Positions 36,785 to 45,650 of a stretch of DNA of 64,000 nt are shown here, one piece after another. The stretch comes from Candidatus Thorarchaeota archaeon (GTDB lineage Archaea > Asgardarchaeota > Thorarchaeia > Thorarchaeales > Thorarchaeaceae). Position 1 is the stretch's first letter. The number at the start of each line of letters is the position of its first letter. Where the stretch lies: contig JAWOEX010000039.1 in NCBI GenBank assembly GCA_046482545.1, positions 32,001-96,000 on the forward strand. Reading direction: 5' to 3'. The notes below the pieces were generated by a model. That model did not search any database, was not told the DNA's origin, and saw nothing but the letters and a program-made list of their open reading frames with translations. Made by a program: the position numbers and the translations under genes.

Positions 36785-37984
36785 TCAGGATTCACTCTTC
36801 AAATCCATTTCTTCACCGTTGATGAAAACCCGCTCAACCTCGCTATAGAATTCAAATGGGTGATTGGACCAAACAACAATGTCAGCATCCTTACCGGGTT
36901 CAAGCGAACCCACTTGGTCTTCCAGCCCAAGCATCTCAGCAGGATTGATAGTCACACACCGAAGTGCATCCTCTCTGCTCATGCCTTGCTTTATGACATG
37001 CATCGGCAGAAGTGGGAAGAAATTCATCGGGGTGAGTGAATCAGTCTGGAGGGCAACCTTAACTCCAGCTTCATCGAGTTTCACTGCAGTCTCAAATCCG
37101 CGCTCTCTCGTCTCCGGTTTGCTAACCCAGTACATTGTCGGGCCAACTACTGCTGAAACGTCGTTTTCCGCAAGAAAGCTTGCTATCTTATGACCTTCGG
37201 TGCAGTGAATGATAACCACCCTGAGATTGAATTCCTTCGCCACCCGTACCACTGTAGCAATATCATCCGCTCTATGGGCATGAGCATGAAGCGGAATCTC
37301 ACGCTTCAAGACCTTCACGAGCGTTTCTTTTCCTAAATCACGGTTAGGAGGCTTTGGCAGGGCTTCGCCCTTCTCTTTGGCTTCCTTCCTCTTGGCACCG
37401 TAGGCCTTCCATTCGTCCATATAATTTCGTGCTTCAGTAAACGTTTTTCGAAGTGTCGCCGCAACACCCATCCGTGTTGAAGGCATCCGATCATGCTCTT
37501 TTCCATGTGCACGCTTTGGGTTTTCTCCCATAGCTATCTTTAAGCCTGATGGAGCCAGAGTTACCATATTATCGACTACTGCGTCACCGGTTGGTTTGAA
37601 AACAAAGGCTTCTCCAGAAACTACGTTTGCGGAGCCCGGGCCTGTGTTTATACTGGTAACACCACCTTTCACAACTTCCGAAAGGCTTGGTTCATCAGGA
37701 TTGAATGAATCAATGCCTCTTACTTCTGGTGTTACGGGTTCGGTCGCTTCGTTTCCGTCAGATCCAGCCCATCCGATGCTACCGTCAAACATGCCTTGAT
37801 GAGCATGAGCTTCGACGAAGCCAGGAAGGATGTATTTTCCTTCGACATCCGTAACCTCTGCATCTTCAGGAATATCCACATCAGCACCAACTTCGCATAT
37901 CTTACCTTTCTCAAATAGAACTGTGCCGTTCTCGATGAGCCCATTCACTGGACAAAGAATCGTACCATTAACTAAGGCTTTCAA
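36785..37984 (-). CDS. Metal-dependent amidohydrolase (imidazolonepropionase-like)
   Basis: PGFVEAHAH, KIAMGENPK, HAHRADD, HCTEG, GSLEPGKDAD. Confidence 0.92.
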   Translation of the reverse strand: MKALVNGTILCPVNGLIENGTVLFEKGKICEVGADVDIPEDAEVTDVEGKYILPGFVEAHAHQGMFDGSIGWAGSDGNEATEPVTPEVRGIDSFNPDEPSLSEVVKGGVTSINTGPGSANVVSGEAFVFKPTGDAVVDNMVTLAPSGLKIAMGENPKRAHGKEHDRMPSTRMGVAATLRKTFTEARNYMDEWKAYGAKRKEAKEKGEALPKPPNRDLGKETLVKVLKREIPLHAHAHRADDIATVVRVAKEFNLRVVIIHCTEGHKIASFLAENDVSAVVGPTMYWVSKPETRERGFETAVKLDEAGVKVALQTDSLTPMNFFPLLPMHVIKQGMSREDALRCVTINPAEMLGLEDQVGSLEPGKDADIVVWSNHPFEFYSEVERVFINGEEMDLKSES

Positions 37985-38096
37985 GACTTTACCTCCGATA
38001 CTGATTCAGATAGGTTCACAGGTGACAAAAATCTTCTTGTCGCACATATCATAACGATGCAACATCTTCAAATTTATTCAGTACAATCAAGGATAC

Positions 38097-39068
38097 ATGA
38101 CAGGTGGCCGTACCATAGGAGCGGTTCATGTAGGCCCAAGGTTGCTCCTGTTCAAGAACAAGGACCTGGTAGATGAAGGACATACTGATCATCTTCACTT
38201 CAATGATTCAGTTTTTTCAGTAAGAGGTGTTGCCATTGGTACAGGACAAGAAGCGGGCGTTTCGATTGGAATCAACAGACATGGGTTAACAGGATGTAGT
38301 GCCACGGTTCTTGCCACATATGCCCAGCCATACGACTACATCTTGGAAGAGATTCTTCAAAGCGCCAAGAACGTCGATGATGCATATCAGATAATCGAAG
38401 AGAAGATATCATCTGGGATGCAGTATCGATGGTGTAACATCGTGTTAGGAGATTCGAATGATGTAGCAGTCGTTGAGATTTCGGAAAATGAATGCGAATT
38501 AGAGAAAACCGATGATTATGTTGTGCGAACGAATCACCATGTTCTCCTCGGTACCTCGGATATTCTGGAATCCGCTCCTGTGGAAGAGAGAAAAGCAGGA
38601 AGGTCAATTTGGACAAGCCGACATAGGCGCCAAAGAACCGAAAGACAGTTGGGGGGCGCTCGCACAGTAGCGGGCATTACAGAGATTTTAAGCATGCATA
38701 GCGAAAGTAGAGGCTTTGATTCCATATGCAGACATGCAAATGGAAATGATTTTGGAATGCCATTCCTAGGACTGACTGTCTACAGCTATGTAGTTGATAT
38801 ATTATATCAGGATAATAGATTGCGAGATGCAGCTTTCTATGTGGCTCCGGGTAACCCGTGTGTCAACACATACAAGAAGATGGATGTAGACTTCAACGCC
38901 TCCCAAGAGGTAATCGAGAACCAATTCACCGAACAGAGAGCGAAGAGTAATGGTCTAGGACTGCATCTCGCCAAATGGATTGCTGGGATTTATAACGGAA
39001 GTATTGAGATAGCTCGTTCCGACTTGGGGGGAGCTGGTGTTGACGTTTATCTACGAAAAGCTGAGTGA
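38097..39068 (+). CDS. C45/AAT-type Ntn-hydrolase homolog fused to a histidine-kinase ATPase C-terminal fragment
   Basis: FKNKD, GINRHGL, RTNH, APGNPC; tail GLGLHLAKWIA...GSIEI...GGAGVDVYL. Confidence 0.65.
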   Translation: MTGGRTIGAVHVGPRLLLFKNKDLVDEGHTDHLHFNDSVFSVRGVAIGTGQEAGVSIGINRHGLTGCSATVLATYAQPYDYILEEILQSAKNVDDAYQIIEEKISSGMQYRWCNIVLGDSNDVAVVEISENECELEKTDDYVVRTNHHVLLGTSDILESAPVEERKAGRSIWTSRHRRQRTERQLGGARTVAGITEILSMHSESRGFDSICRHANGNDFGMPFLGLTVYSYVVDILYQDNRLRDAAFYVAPGNPCVNTYKKMDVDFNASQEVIENQFTEQRAKSNGLGLHLAKWIAGIYNGSIEIARSDLGGAGVDVYLRKAE

Positions 39069-39106
39069 AGTAGCAAAATGGTATGCTCCTCGAACTGATG
39101 TAGTGA

Positions 39107-39135
39107 CCATAGGTCCTCATAAAACGGACCTATGG
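39107..39135. terminator. Hairpin between convergent genes
   Basis: Perfect 10-bp inverted repeat CCATAGGTCC-N9-GGACCTATGG. Confidence 0.6.
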
Positions 39136-39166
39136 ACAGGCTCGCAATGATTCTCGGTCTTGATCG

Positions 39167-40171
39167 CTATAGGCTCTCTCCGACTATCTCGGTAAGATCC
39201 ACCATGCGAGTAGCGTAACCTGCTTCATTATCATACCAACCAAGCACTTTGGCCATGTTTCCTATGACTCGTGTCATGAGGGAGTCATAACTGCAGGAAT
39301 GCGGATCACCAATGAAATCAGATGAGACAAGTGGTTCATCAACGTATGCAAGATACTTGGCCAAATCCCCTGACTCTGCGGCTGTTTTGAATGCTGCATT
39401 GACAGACGCTATGTCGGTCTCCTCCTCAAGAGTAACGGTCATATCCACAACAGATGCATCCATGACAGGCACTCTCATTGCCATCGCATCGAGCTTACCT
39501 GCGGCTTTTGGATAGACCAAGTCAATAGCCTTAGCAGCGCCAGTTGTGGTTGGAATGATGTTCCAACCAGCAGCTCGAGCCCTTCTGAGGTCACCATGTG
39601 GCATATCAAGAATCCTCTGAGTCGTTGTAACTGCGTGAGTCGTTGTCATCAACCCACTTTCAATGCCAAATGCTTCATCAAGTACTTTCACAAGAGGGGC
39701 CAAACAGTTGGTGGTACAAGAAGCGTTGGATATCACATCATGCTTGTCGGGATCGTAGTCACTATCATTTACTCCCAACACAACGGTGAGCATCTCTCCA
39801 CCTTTTCCGGGTGCACTCAACAGAACCTTATCAGCACCGGCAGAAAGGTGTTTGTCGCAGTCTTTCCGCGTTCTAAATACGCCTGTCGATTCGATAACAA
39901 TGTCTATATCCATCTCTGACCAAGGCAACTGTGCTGGATTCTTTTCATTCAACATTTTGATCTCTTGGTCTTCTATTACCATCTTCTCAGCATCACTTTC
40001 AACAGAACCATCGAATTTGCCCATGACAGTATCGTACTTGAATAGATGAGCTCGTGTCTCAACATCCATTATGTCGTTGATAGCTACAATATCGAAGTCC
40101 CGTCCGATAGCTGCACGCACATAATTCCTTCCAATTCTGCCGAAACCGTTAATCGCAACTCTCGTCATCAT
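39167..40171 (-). CDS. gap: Glyceraldehyde-3-phosphate dehydrogenase, class I (bacterial/eukaryotic type)
   Basis: VAINGFGRIGR, IESTG, SNASCTTNCLAP, WYDNE. Confidence 0.96.
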   Translation of the reverse strand: MMTRVAINGFGRIGRNYVRAAIGRDFDIVAINDIMDVETRAHLFKYDTVMGKFDGSVESDAEKMVIEDQEIKMLNEKNPAQLPWSEMDIDIVIESTGVFRTRKDCDKHLSAGADKVLLSAPGKGGEMLTVVLGVNDSDYDPDKHDVISNASCTTNCLAPLVKVLDEAFGIESGLMTTTHAVTTTQRILDMPHGDLRRARAAGWNIIPTTTGAAKAIDLVYPKAAGKLDAMAMRVPVMDASVVDMTVTLEEETDIASVNAAFKTAAESGDLAKYLAYVDEPLVSSDFIGDPHSCSYDSLMTRVIGNMAKVLGWYDNEAGYATRMVDLTEIVGESL

Positions 40172-40303
40172 AATCTCTCAAGGTGAAGTTGGAGTACATC
40201 CGCTATATTTCTTGTGCAATCTCATCATGTCGCTAGGAAGCCGTCCCTTTTGCTGATGGGTTTCATTCAATGTCGAAAAACCCTGCAAGTCTAGCCAAAA
40301 CAC

Positions 40304-40840
40304 TCAACCAGAAAGAACATACTCGGCAGCTAGTCCGACAAGGATTACTCCCGACAGAATAAGTAGAGACCACTTCATGATTGTTGCAACACAGGCAGAA
40401 ATAATCACAAACGGAGATAGCACAGGAAAGCTTATGATTTGTGTTCCAATAAGGAAGTTTTCCAGATAATCGAAGAAGGTTTCCAAATAGGGGAGCAATG
40501 CAAGTTGTCGCCACCGAATGTCTTGTTCGTCCCGCAGACTATTCATGCGAGCAATTCCTTGAGAGAGTGTGGTACCAAAAAGGATGGGGAAAATCGCATC
40601 GAGAATTTGATGCTGGGTGTAAAGGGTTCTTCCGTCTTGCCCAAGCAAAGTGAAGAGCTGAACTGCATCTTCAAATGAGTACCATGGCCGCATATCAAGT
40701 ATTTGGAGCCCGCCTGTTATTGCCACAATACGGGACTGATAGAAAAAGCCCATCATAACCAAAACAGCTAGCGCAGCGACAAGAAAGCCGAAGAATGTCC
40801 ATATTGAAGCATATTCGTGAATTTTCTCGATGACATCCAT
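40304..40840 (-). CDS. Hypothetical 4-TM membrane protein (probable start ATG 40840)
   Basis: LDMRPWY, LGQDGR-Y, DAIFP, DYLEN conserved-looking motifs. Confidence 0.75.
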   Translation of the reverse strand: MDVIEKIHEYASIWTFFGFLVAALAVLVMMGFFYQSRIVAITGGLQILDMRPWYSFEDAVQLFTLLGQDGRTLYTQHQILDAIFPILFGTTLSQGIARMNSLRDEQDIRWRQLALLPYLETFFDYLENFLIGTQIISFPVLSPFVIISACVATIMKWSLLILSGVILVGLAAEYVLSG

Positions 40841-40965
40841 TCGCAAATTCCCTCTCTCTGAACTAATGAAGCATCTCTTAAGGGGATTTCCTCTGAACCA
40901 AATAACTAAGTAGCGAGTGTAAGCTACGACAAGATACACCATTAGAATCTGAAGGATGCGTTTGC

Positions 40966-43563
40966 ATGATAAAAGCTATCGCCTCAATTGGTTTCAAGAA
41001 TGCCAAACGGCGAAAGACAACTTCATTCCTCACGATACTTGCTGTGGCCCTTGCTGTCAGCCTAACATACACCGCGATTTCAAGCACCGGCAGACTCATG
41101 GCCAGCGCGAACCAATTCATGCAACAATCGCTGTCCCCAGTTGATATTACGGTTTCTTCGACCAAATGGGGAAGTCCAATTACCAACAGCATGCGGGATT
41201 CAGTACAAGCACTTCCAAATACAGCGCAAGCAATTCCTAGAATAGAGGAAATCGTCAGTTATGAGAACGAAAGCAGTGCCATATCTCTTTTTCTGGCCGG
41301 TATCGACCCTCAGCAGGAAAAACACATAGGTAGCCTGAATGCCACCGAAGGGACGAACTCCCTTGTAGAAGACAACTGCTTTGTGACCACAGAAACAATG
41401 GAATTGCTAAATCTTTCCTTGGGTCAAGAACTACGGCTTGATACTACGGCCGGTCATCAGTTTTTCAACGTTTCAGGATATGGCTTGGCTATTGATAAGG
41501 GTGTCATTGGACCGGCAGTTTTCATTCCACTTGATTCCGCGTGGGAAATCTACACCATTCGGTACCCAGACCATTCAGTCAACAAACTTCTGGTTGAAGT
41601 CCACGATGTTTTTGGAGCCCCCGAGACGGTGTCGGCTGTAGAAGGCATGCTGGGGGAAGATTTCGTGGTAACCAATCTCAAAGCATATCATCTTAGGATT
41701 GCAAACCTGTTTCTTAGTCAGGCCAACACAATTCTCTTGGCTCTCGTTGGCGCTGCCGCATTTGTGGCCGCATTTCGGGTTTTCTCATCCTTTAGTATGC
41801 TTTTCAGTCAACGGAAGCGGGAAAGCGGAGTAGTATTGGCCTTTGGTGGTTCAAGAGGTGACTTGTTGTCGATACTTCTGTCAGAGGTAGGCATTATCGG
41901 ATTAGTGGGATCTCTTCTTGGAGGTGCCTTTGGGGTTATTCTCAGCCGCATCATTTTGGAACTCATAGTCGCTACCTCCAGAATTATCTACCTAGCTCCC
42001 ACCGCTGCATTTTTTGGTAGCGCTTCTAGTATCAGTCTATCTGGTCTTCTAGCATCAGGCGTATTTGGCATTGGCTTGACAGTATTCTCTGGATTCGTGC
42101 CAGCATGGCAATCTTCGAAAGAATCCATCGCCAGTAATTTGGGTAAGGGAACAGTTCAAACCAGCACCGGTAGTAGTGGTGTAGGGGTTGGCATCTCTGA
42201 CAGAGCTCAGAAAATCATGTACTGTATTAGTGTGCCGCTCTGTGTCCTTGTTGCGGTGCAAGTAAGCTCCGATCTGTTGAGTCTCTCTCTCCTATCAAGT
42301 GACATAATTCGAATCGGATCCGTCCCCATTCTGCTGTTTGGAGTCGTTGCGATTTCACCAAAACTAGCTGGATTACAACCTATTCTCAAACCTCTAACCT
42401 ATCAGGCCAGAGAGGTAGTCAGAGTACTGTCTCAGCGGAACTTGAGACGAAACACGATGGTTGCCATGGTAGTCTTCAACTTATTCGCGGCTGCCACCAC
42501 GCTACTCATAGCATCAAGCAATGTTGGATACGCTGTGACAGCCTCTTGGGAAAGAAGCCTAGGTGCAGGCGTCTCTTCAGCCAATATAATTGGATATGCT
42601 GACTCTCCAGTTGACCTTCCCATGGTCGATACAATCCAATCAATGCCTGAAGTAGAGCAAACTGTACCTGTCAACCAACGAGTAACTGAACTTCATTTCA
42701 ACGAGGAAAGTGGGATGGGCGTTCTCCTTGGCACTCATCCCGCGGAGTTTGAAGGGCTGGCCTCTATCGGTCTTTCACAAACGATAAACGAGAGCCAAGG
42801 ACTGAAAATTTTACAAGAATCCGGGTCCTGTGTCATTTCCGAGTACACAGCACGGGAACGAAATCTTGATCTTGGTGATAACATTACCGTCGGGACGCTC
42901 GGTAATACGACCGTGGTTGGAATTGCAGGATCATCTGTCCCCTTTTTCGTCCTGACCATTATGACCCCAAATTTCGTGATTGTAAGCAATGTAACGTGGA
43001 GCTCGTTGGTTGGTGAAGAATTCCAAGCGGGCAGCATCTTGATACGATCAGGTGATCCAGCCCAGACGATGAATGCACTTGCAGAATTTCCCAGTATTCG
43101 GAGTATTTTGATATCCAATATAGAAGCCGACTATGAAGGTGCTCTCAACGCTATTCAAACCACGATTGATGCATCCATTCTCACGCTGGTTGTAACAACT
43201 ATACTTAGCGCACTGATTGGTAGCTGGGCAATCTCCTCTACCAGAATCAGAGAAATCGGATTGCTTGCTTCCATGGGTATGTCTGATTCTGAAATTGCTT
43301 GGTCTATAACCGCAGAAAGCTCGGTTGCTATAATAACGGGAGTTCTAGTCGGTTCAGTGGTAGGCTTGGTTGTGCAGTCCTGCCTTCATGCGATAATGGA
43401 ACGATTTGTCTCTGCACCCATGATGATGCTTGACCCGAAAATCGTAGTTCTACTCATAGTCTCGATTTTCCTGTCGACCGGGCTTACGTACCGGTCGGTG
43501 AAATCAACTGCAAAACAACATCCAGCCAACTTATTGGCAGGAAGGCAGGCAAGAAAACGGTAG
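40966..43563 (+). CDS. FtsX-like ABC permease (duplicated), no adjacent ATPase
   Basis: QRKRESGV and RIREIGLLASMG motifs. Confidence 0.9.
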   Translation: MIKAIASIGFKNAKRRKTTSFLTILAVALAVSLTYTAISSTGRLMASANQFMQQSLSPVDITVSSTKWGSPITNSMRDSVQALPNTAQAIPRIEEIVSYENESSAISLFLAGIDPQQEKHIGSLNATEGTNSLVEDNCFVTTETMELLNLSLGQELRLDTTAGHQFFNVSGYGLAIDKGVIGPAVFIPLDSAWEIYTIRYPDHSVNKLLVEVHDVFGAPETVSAVEGMLGEDFVVTNLKAYHLRIANLFLSQANTILLALVGAAAFVAAFRVFSSFSMLFSQRKRESGVVLAFGGSRGDLLSILLSEVGIIGLVGSLLGGAFGVILSRIILELIVATSRIIYLAPTAAFFGSASSISLSGLLASGVFGIGLTVFSGFVPAWQSSKESIASNLGKGTVQTSTGSSGVGVGISDRAQKIMYCISVPLCVLVAVQVSSDLLSLSLLSSDIIRIGSVPILLFGVVAISPKLAGLQPILKPLTYQAREVVRVLSQRNLRRNTMVAMVVFNLFAAATTLLIASSNVGYAVTASWERSLGAGVSSANIIGYADSPVDLPMVDTIQSMPEVEQTVPVNQRVTELHFNEESGMGVLLGTHPAEFEGLASIGLSQTINESQGLKILQESGSCVISEYTARERNLDLGDNITVGTLGNTTVVGIAGSSVPFFVLTIMTPNFVIVSNVTWSSLVGEEFQAGSILIRSGDPAQTMNALAEFPSIRSILISNIEADYEGALNAIQTTIDASILTLVVTTILSALIGSWAISSTRIREIGLLASMGMSDSEIAWSITAESSVAIITGVLVGSVVGLVVQSCLHAIMERFVSAPMMMLDPKIVVLLIVSIFLSTGLTYRSVKSTAKQHPANLLAGRQARKR

Positions 43564-43681
43564 TAGCAAGGATTTCTGGTGTGGCTATCACAGATTATTC
43601 CAGTAGCGTTGGTGTACTTGGTGACACAACAGGTATTATGAGAGATAGCTTGAGCTTATCTAGGATGAGGATGCGTCTCAA

Positions 43682-45538
43682 GTGCACATGACCAGACTAA
43701 AACGAATATTTCTGCCTGGTTGGATAATCCTCATTATGTTACTTATACAGCCTATGCTCCTTCTTGAGGGTGCTACAAATACTGATCATATTACTAAGCA
43801 GGGACCGTATGTAGATACGATCAGATACGAAATCATCCAAGATCAAGCAGATGCTATTACAGCACTGCAGAATGGAGAAGTCGAAGTCATCGTTGACTCA
43901 ATTGAGCCACAGCACCTTGAAGAACTTGAGCAGTCTGCAAACATAGAGGTAGCAAAGACCAATCGAAATGGCTATGGTTTCTTCCTATTCAACTACGAAC
44001 GGTATCCGCTGAACATGACCGTTCTCAGACGAGCTGCTGCATTTGCTTTCCATAAAGAAAAAGTGGCCAACGAAACCTGGAGTGGTTATGCTGAACCCCT
44101 TGATTCGCCGGTCCCTCCAATGAATCCATTGTCAGCTGAGGAAGAGCTCGATTATCACTACTATGAAACCGAAGTTGACCGTGCGAATTCGTTACTGGAT
44201 GCCGCCGGTTTCGAAATCAATGAAACAACAGGATTTAGAGAAGCACCGAATGGGGAGCCATTTGATATCTGTATTGATGCTTCATGGAACTCTCAAATAC
44301 AATTCTCCGTTGCAAAAGTGCTTGAAGATGCGTTCGAAAATCTTCATGTAGATGCATCAGCAGCCCAAGTTGACCCATATGATATGAAGTGTAGAACCGA
44401 GAGATTTGACATTCGTTTACTAGAGAATCACTTCGAAGATTTCAACGTAGATTGGCTGACTTCTCGGCTATGGGTTGGCGGATGGGATTGCCTCTGTCCC
44501 CAATACCAGCCCTATCAGGAAATCCTCGAATTGAGGAATGCTACCTTTAGAGACTGGAAAGAACAGCTTCTTACTGCTAGCTCATTTGAAAAGATTCGCG
44601 AAGCGGCTGTCGAGATCCAGAAAATCATTGTATACGAGAGCCCAATGATTGTGGCATACAATGACAAGTATCTGTCAGCGTACAGAACGGATGAATTTGA
44701 AGAATTTGTGAAAGGATCTCACCAGGGCGTTGAATCATGGTGGATGCCCTACCATGCACGGCTTATCGAAACTGGCGGGGTGCACATTGGCGGCACTTTG
44801 GAAATCGCTTACCCCTTCCGGGGTATAGACAGTTTCAACTTCATGCACGCCATGTTCCCTGTGTCAGATCCCATTGTTCAGTTCTTTTATGATAGTCTTA
44901 TTCGACAAAAACCAGATGGAGACGCTATCAACTGGTTTGCCAAGGATTATACTATAGAAACACATGCAGATAACACAAGTGTGCCTGAGAATCATACTCG
45001 AATTACTTTCATCATGATTCAGAATGCGACATGGACAGATGGTAAACCAATCACTGCGGAAGATGCTGCATTCTCGCTCAACTACTACCGTGATGCACCC
45101 GGGAATCCCTACAGTACGGACCTAACAAACTTGACCGCCGCTTACGCAAACTCTCCATATACGCTTGAGGTCGAATTCAACACCGAGTCATACTGGCACC
45201 TCCAGAGAGTCGGATACAAGCCTATCATTCCCCGACACATATTCACTCAGATAGGCACTGAAGGTTGGAACACCTGGAACCCCAATCCACCAGAGGAAGA
45301 GATGGTCACTTCTGGTCCATTCAACGTGTCGGAGTATGTTGCGAGCGAGTACTGTGAACTAAGCAAAAATGACAACTATCCGTTCAGACCAGAAGCCGTC
45401 ACAAGTGAAACTACCTATACGAATGATAGTACCCCAACGATTAATCTGGTCGAAGTGGGTATTGTATTTTCGATTGGGTTAATAGCAGTAGTAGCTGTGG
45501 GAGTTGTTGGGCGTAAAATCATGAGTAAAGTAGAATAA
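43682..45538 (+). CDS. Family 5 ABC solute-binding protein (circularly permuted), C-terminal membrane anchor
   Basis: WTDGKPITAEDAAFS, VTSGPF, LRRAAAFA; signal peptide and C-terminal TM. Confidence 0.85.
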   Translation: MHMTRLKRIFLPGWIILIMLLIQPMLLLEGATNTDHITKQGPYVDTIRYEIIQDQADAITALQNGEVEVIVDSIEPQHLEELEQSANIEVAKTNRNGYGFFLFNYERYPLNMTVLRRAAAFAFHKEKVANETWSGYAEPLDSPVPPMNPLSAEEELDYHYYETEVDRANSLLDAAGFEINETTGFREAPNGEPFDICIDASWNSQIQFSVAKVLEDAFENLHVDASAAQVDPYDMKCRTERFDIRLLENHFEDFNVDWLTSRLWVGGWDCLCPQYQPYQEILELRNATFRDWKEQLLTASSFEKIREAAVEIQKIIVYESPMIVAYNDKYLSAYRTDEFEEFVKGSHQGVESWWMPYHARLIETGGVHIGGTLEIAYPFRGIDSFNFMHAMFPVSDPIVQFFYDSLIRQKPDGDAINWFAKDYTIETHADNTSVPENHTRITFIMIQNATWTDGKPITAEDAAFSLNYYRDAPGNPYSTDLTNLTAAYANSPYTLEVEFNTESYWHLQRVGYKPIIPRHIFTQIGTEGWNTWNPNPPEEEMVTSGPFNVSEYVASEYCELSKNDNYPFRPEAVTSETTYTNDSTPTINLVEVGIVFSIGLIAVVAVGVVGRKIMSKVE

Positions 45539-45650
45539 GAGCATAAATCCCGCCTGATGGCTGCAGAAATGGCAACACGAACACGTTGATTTCTGCAAGA
45601 AGAGCCATAGATTAAAGATGGGGGATTATCTCGAACAGTTATAAGCCGCC

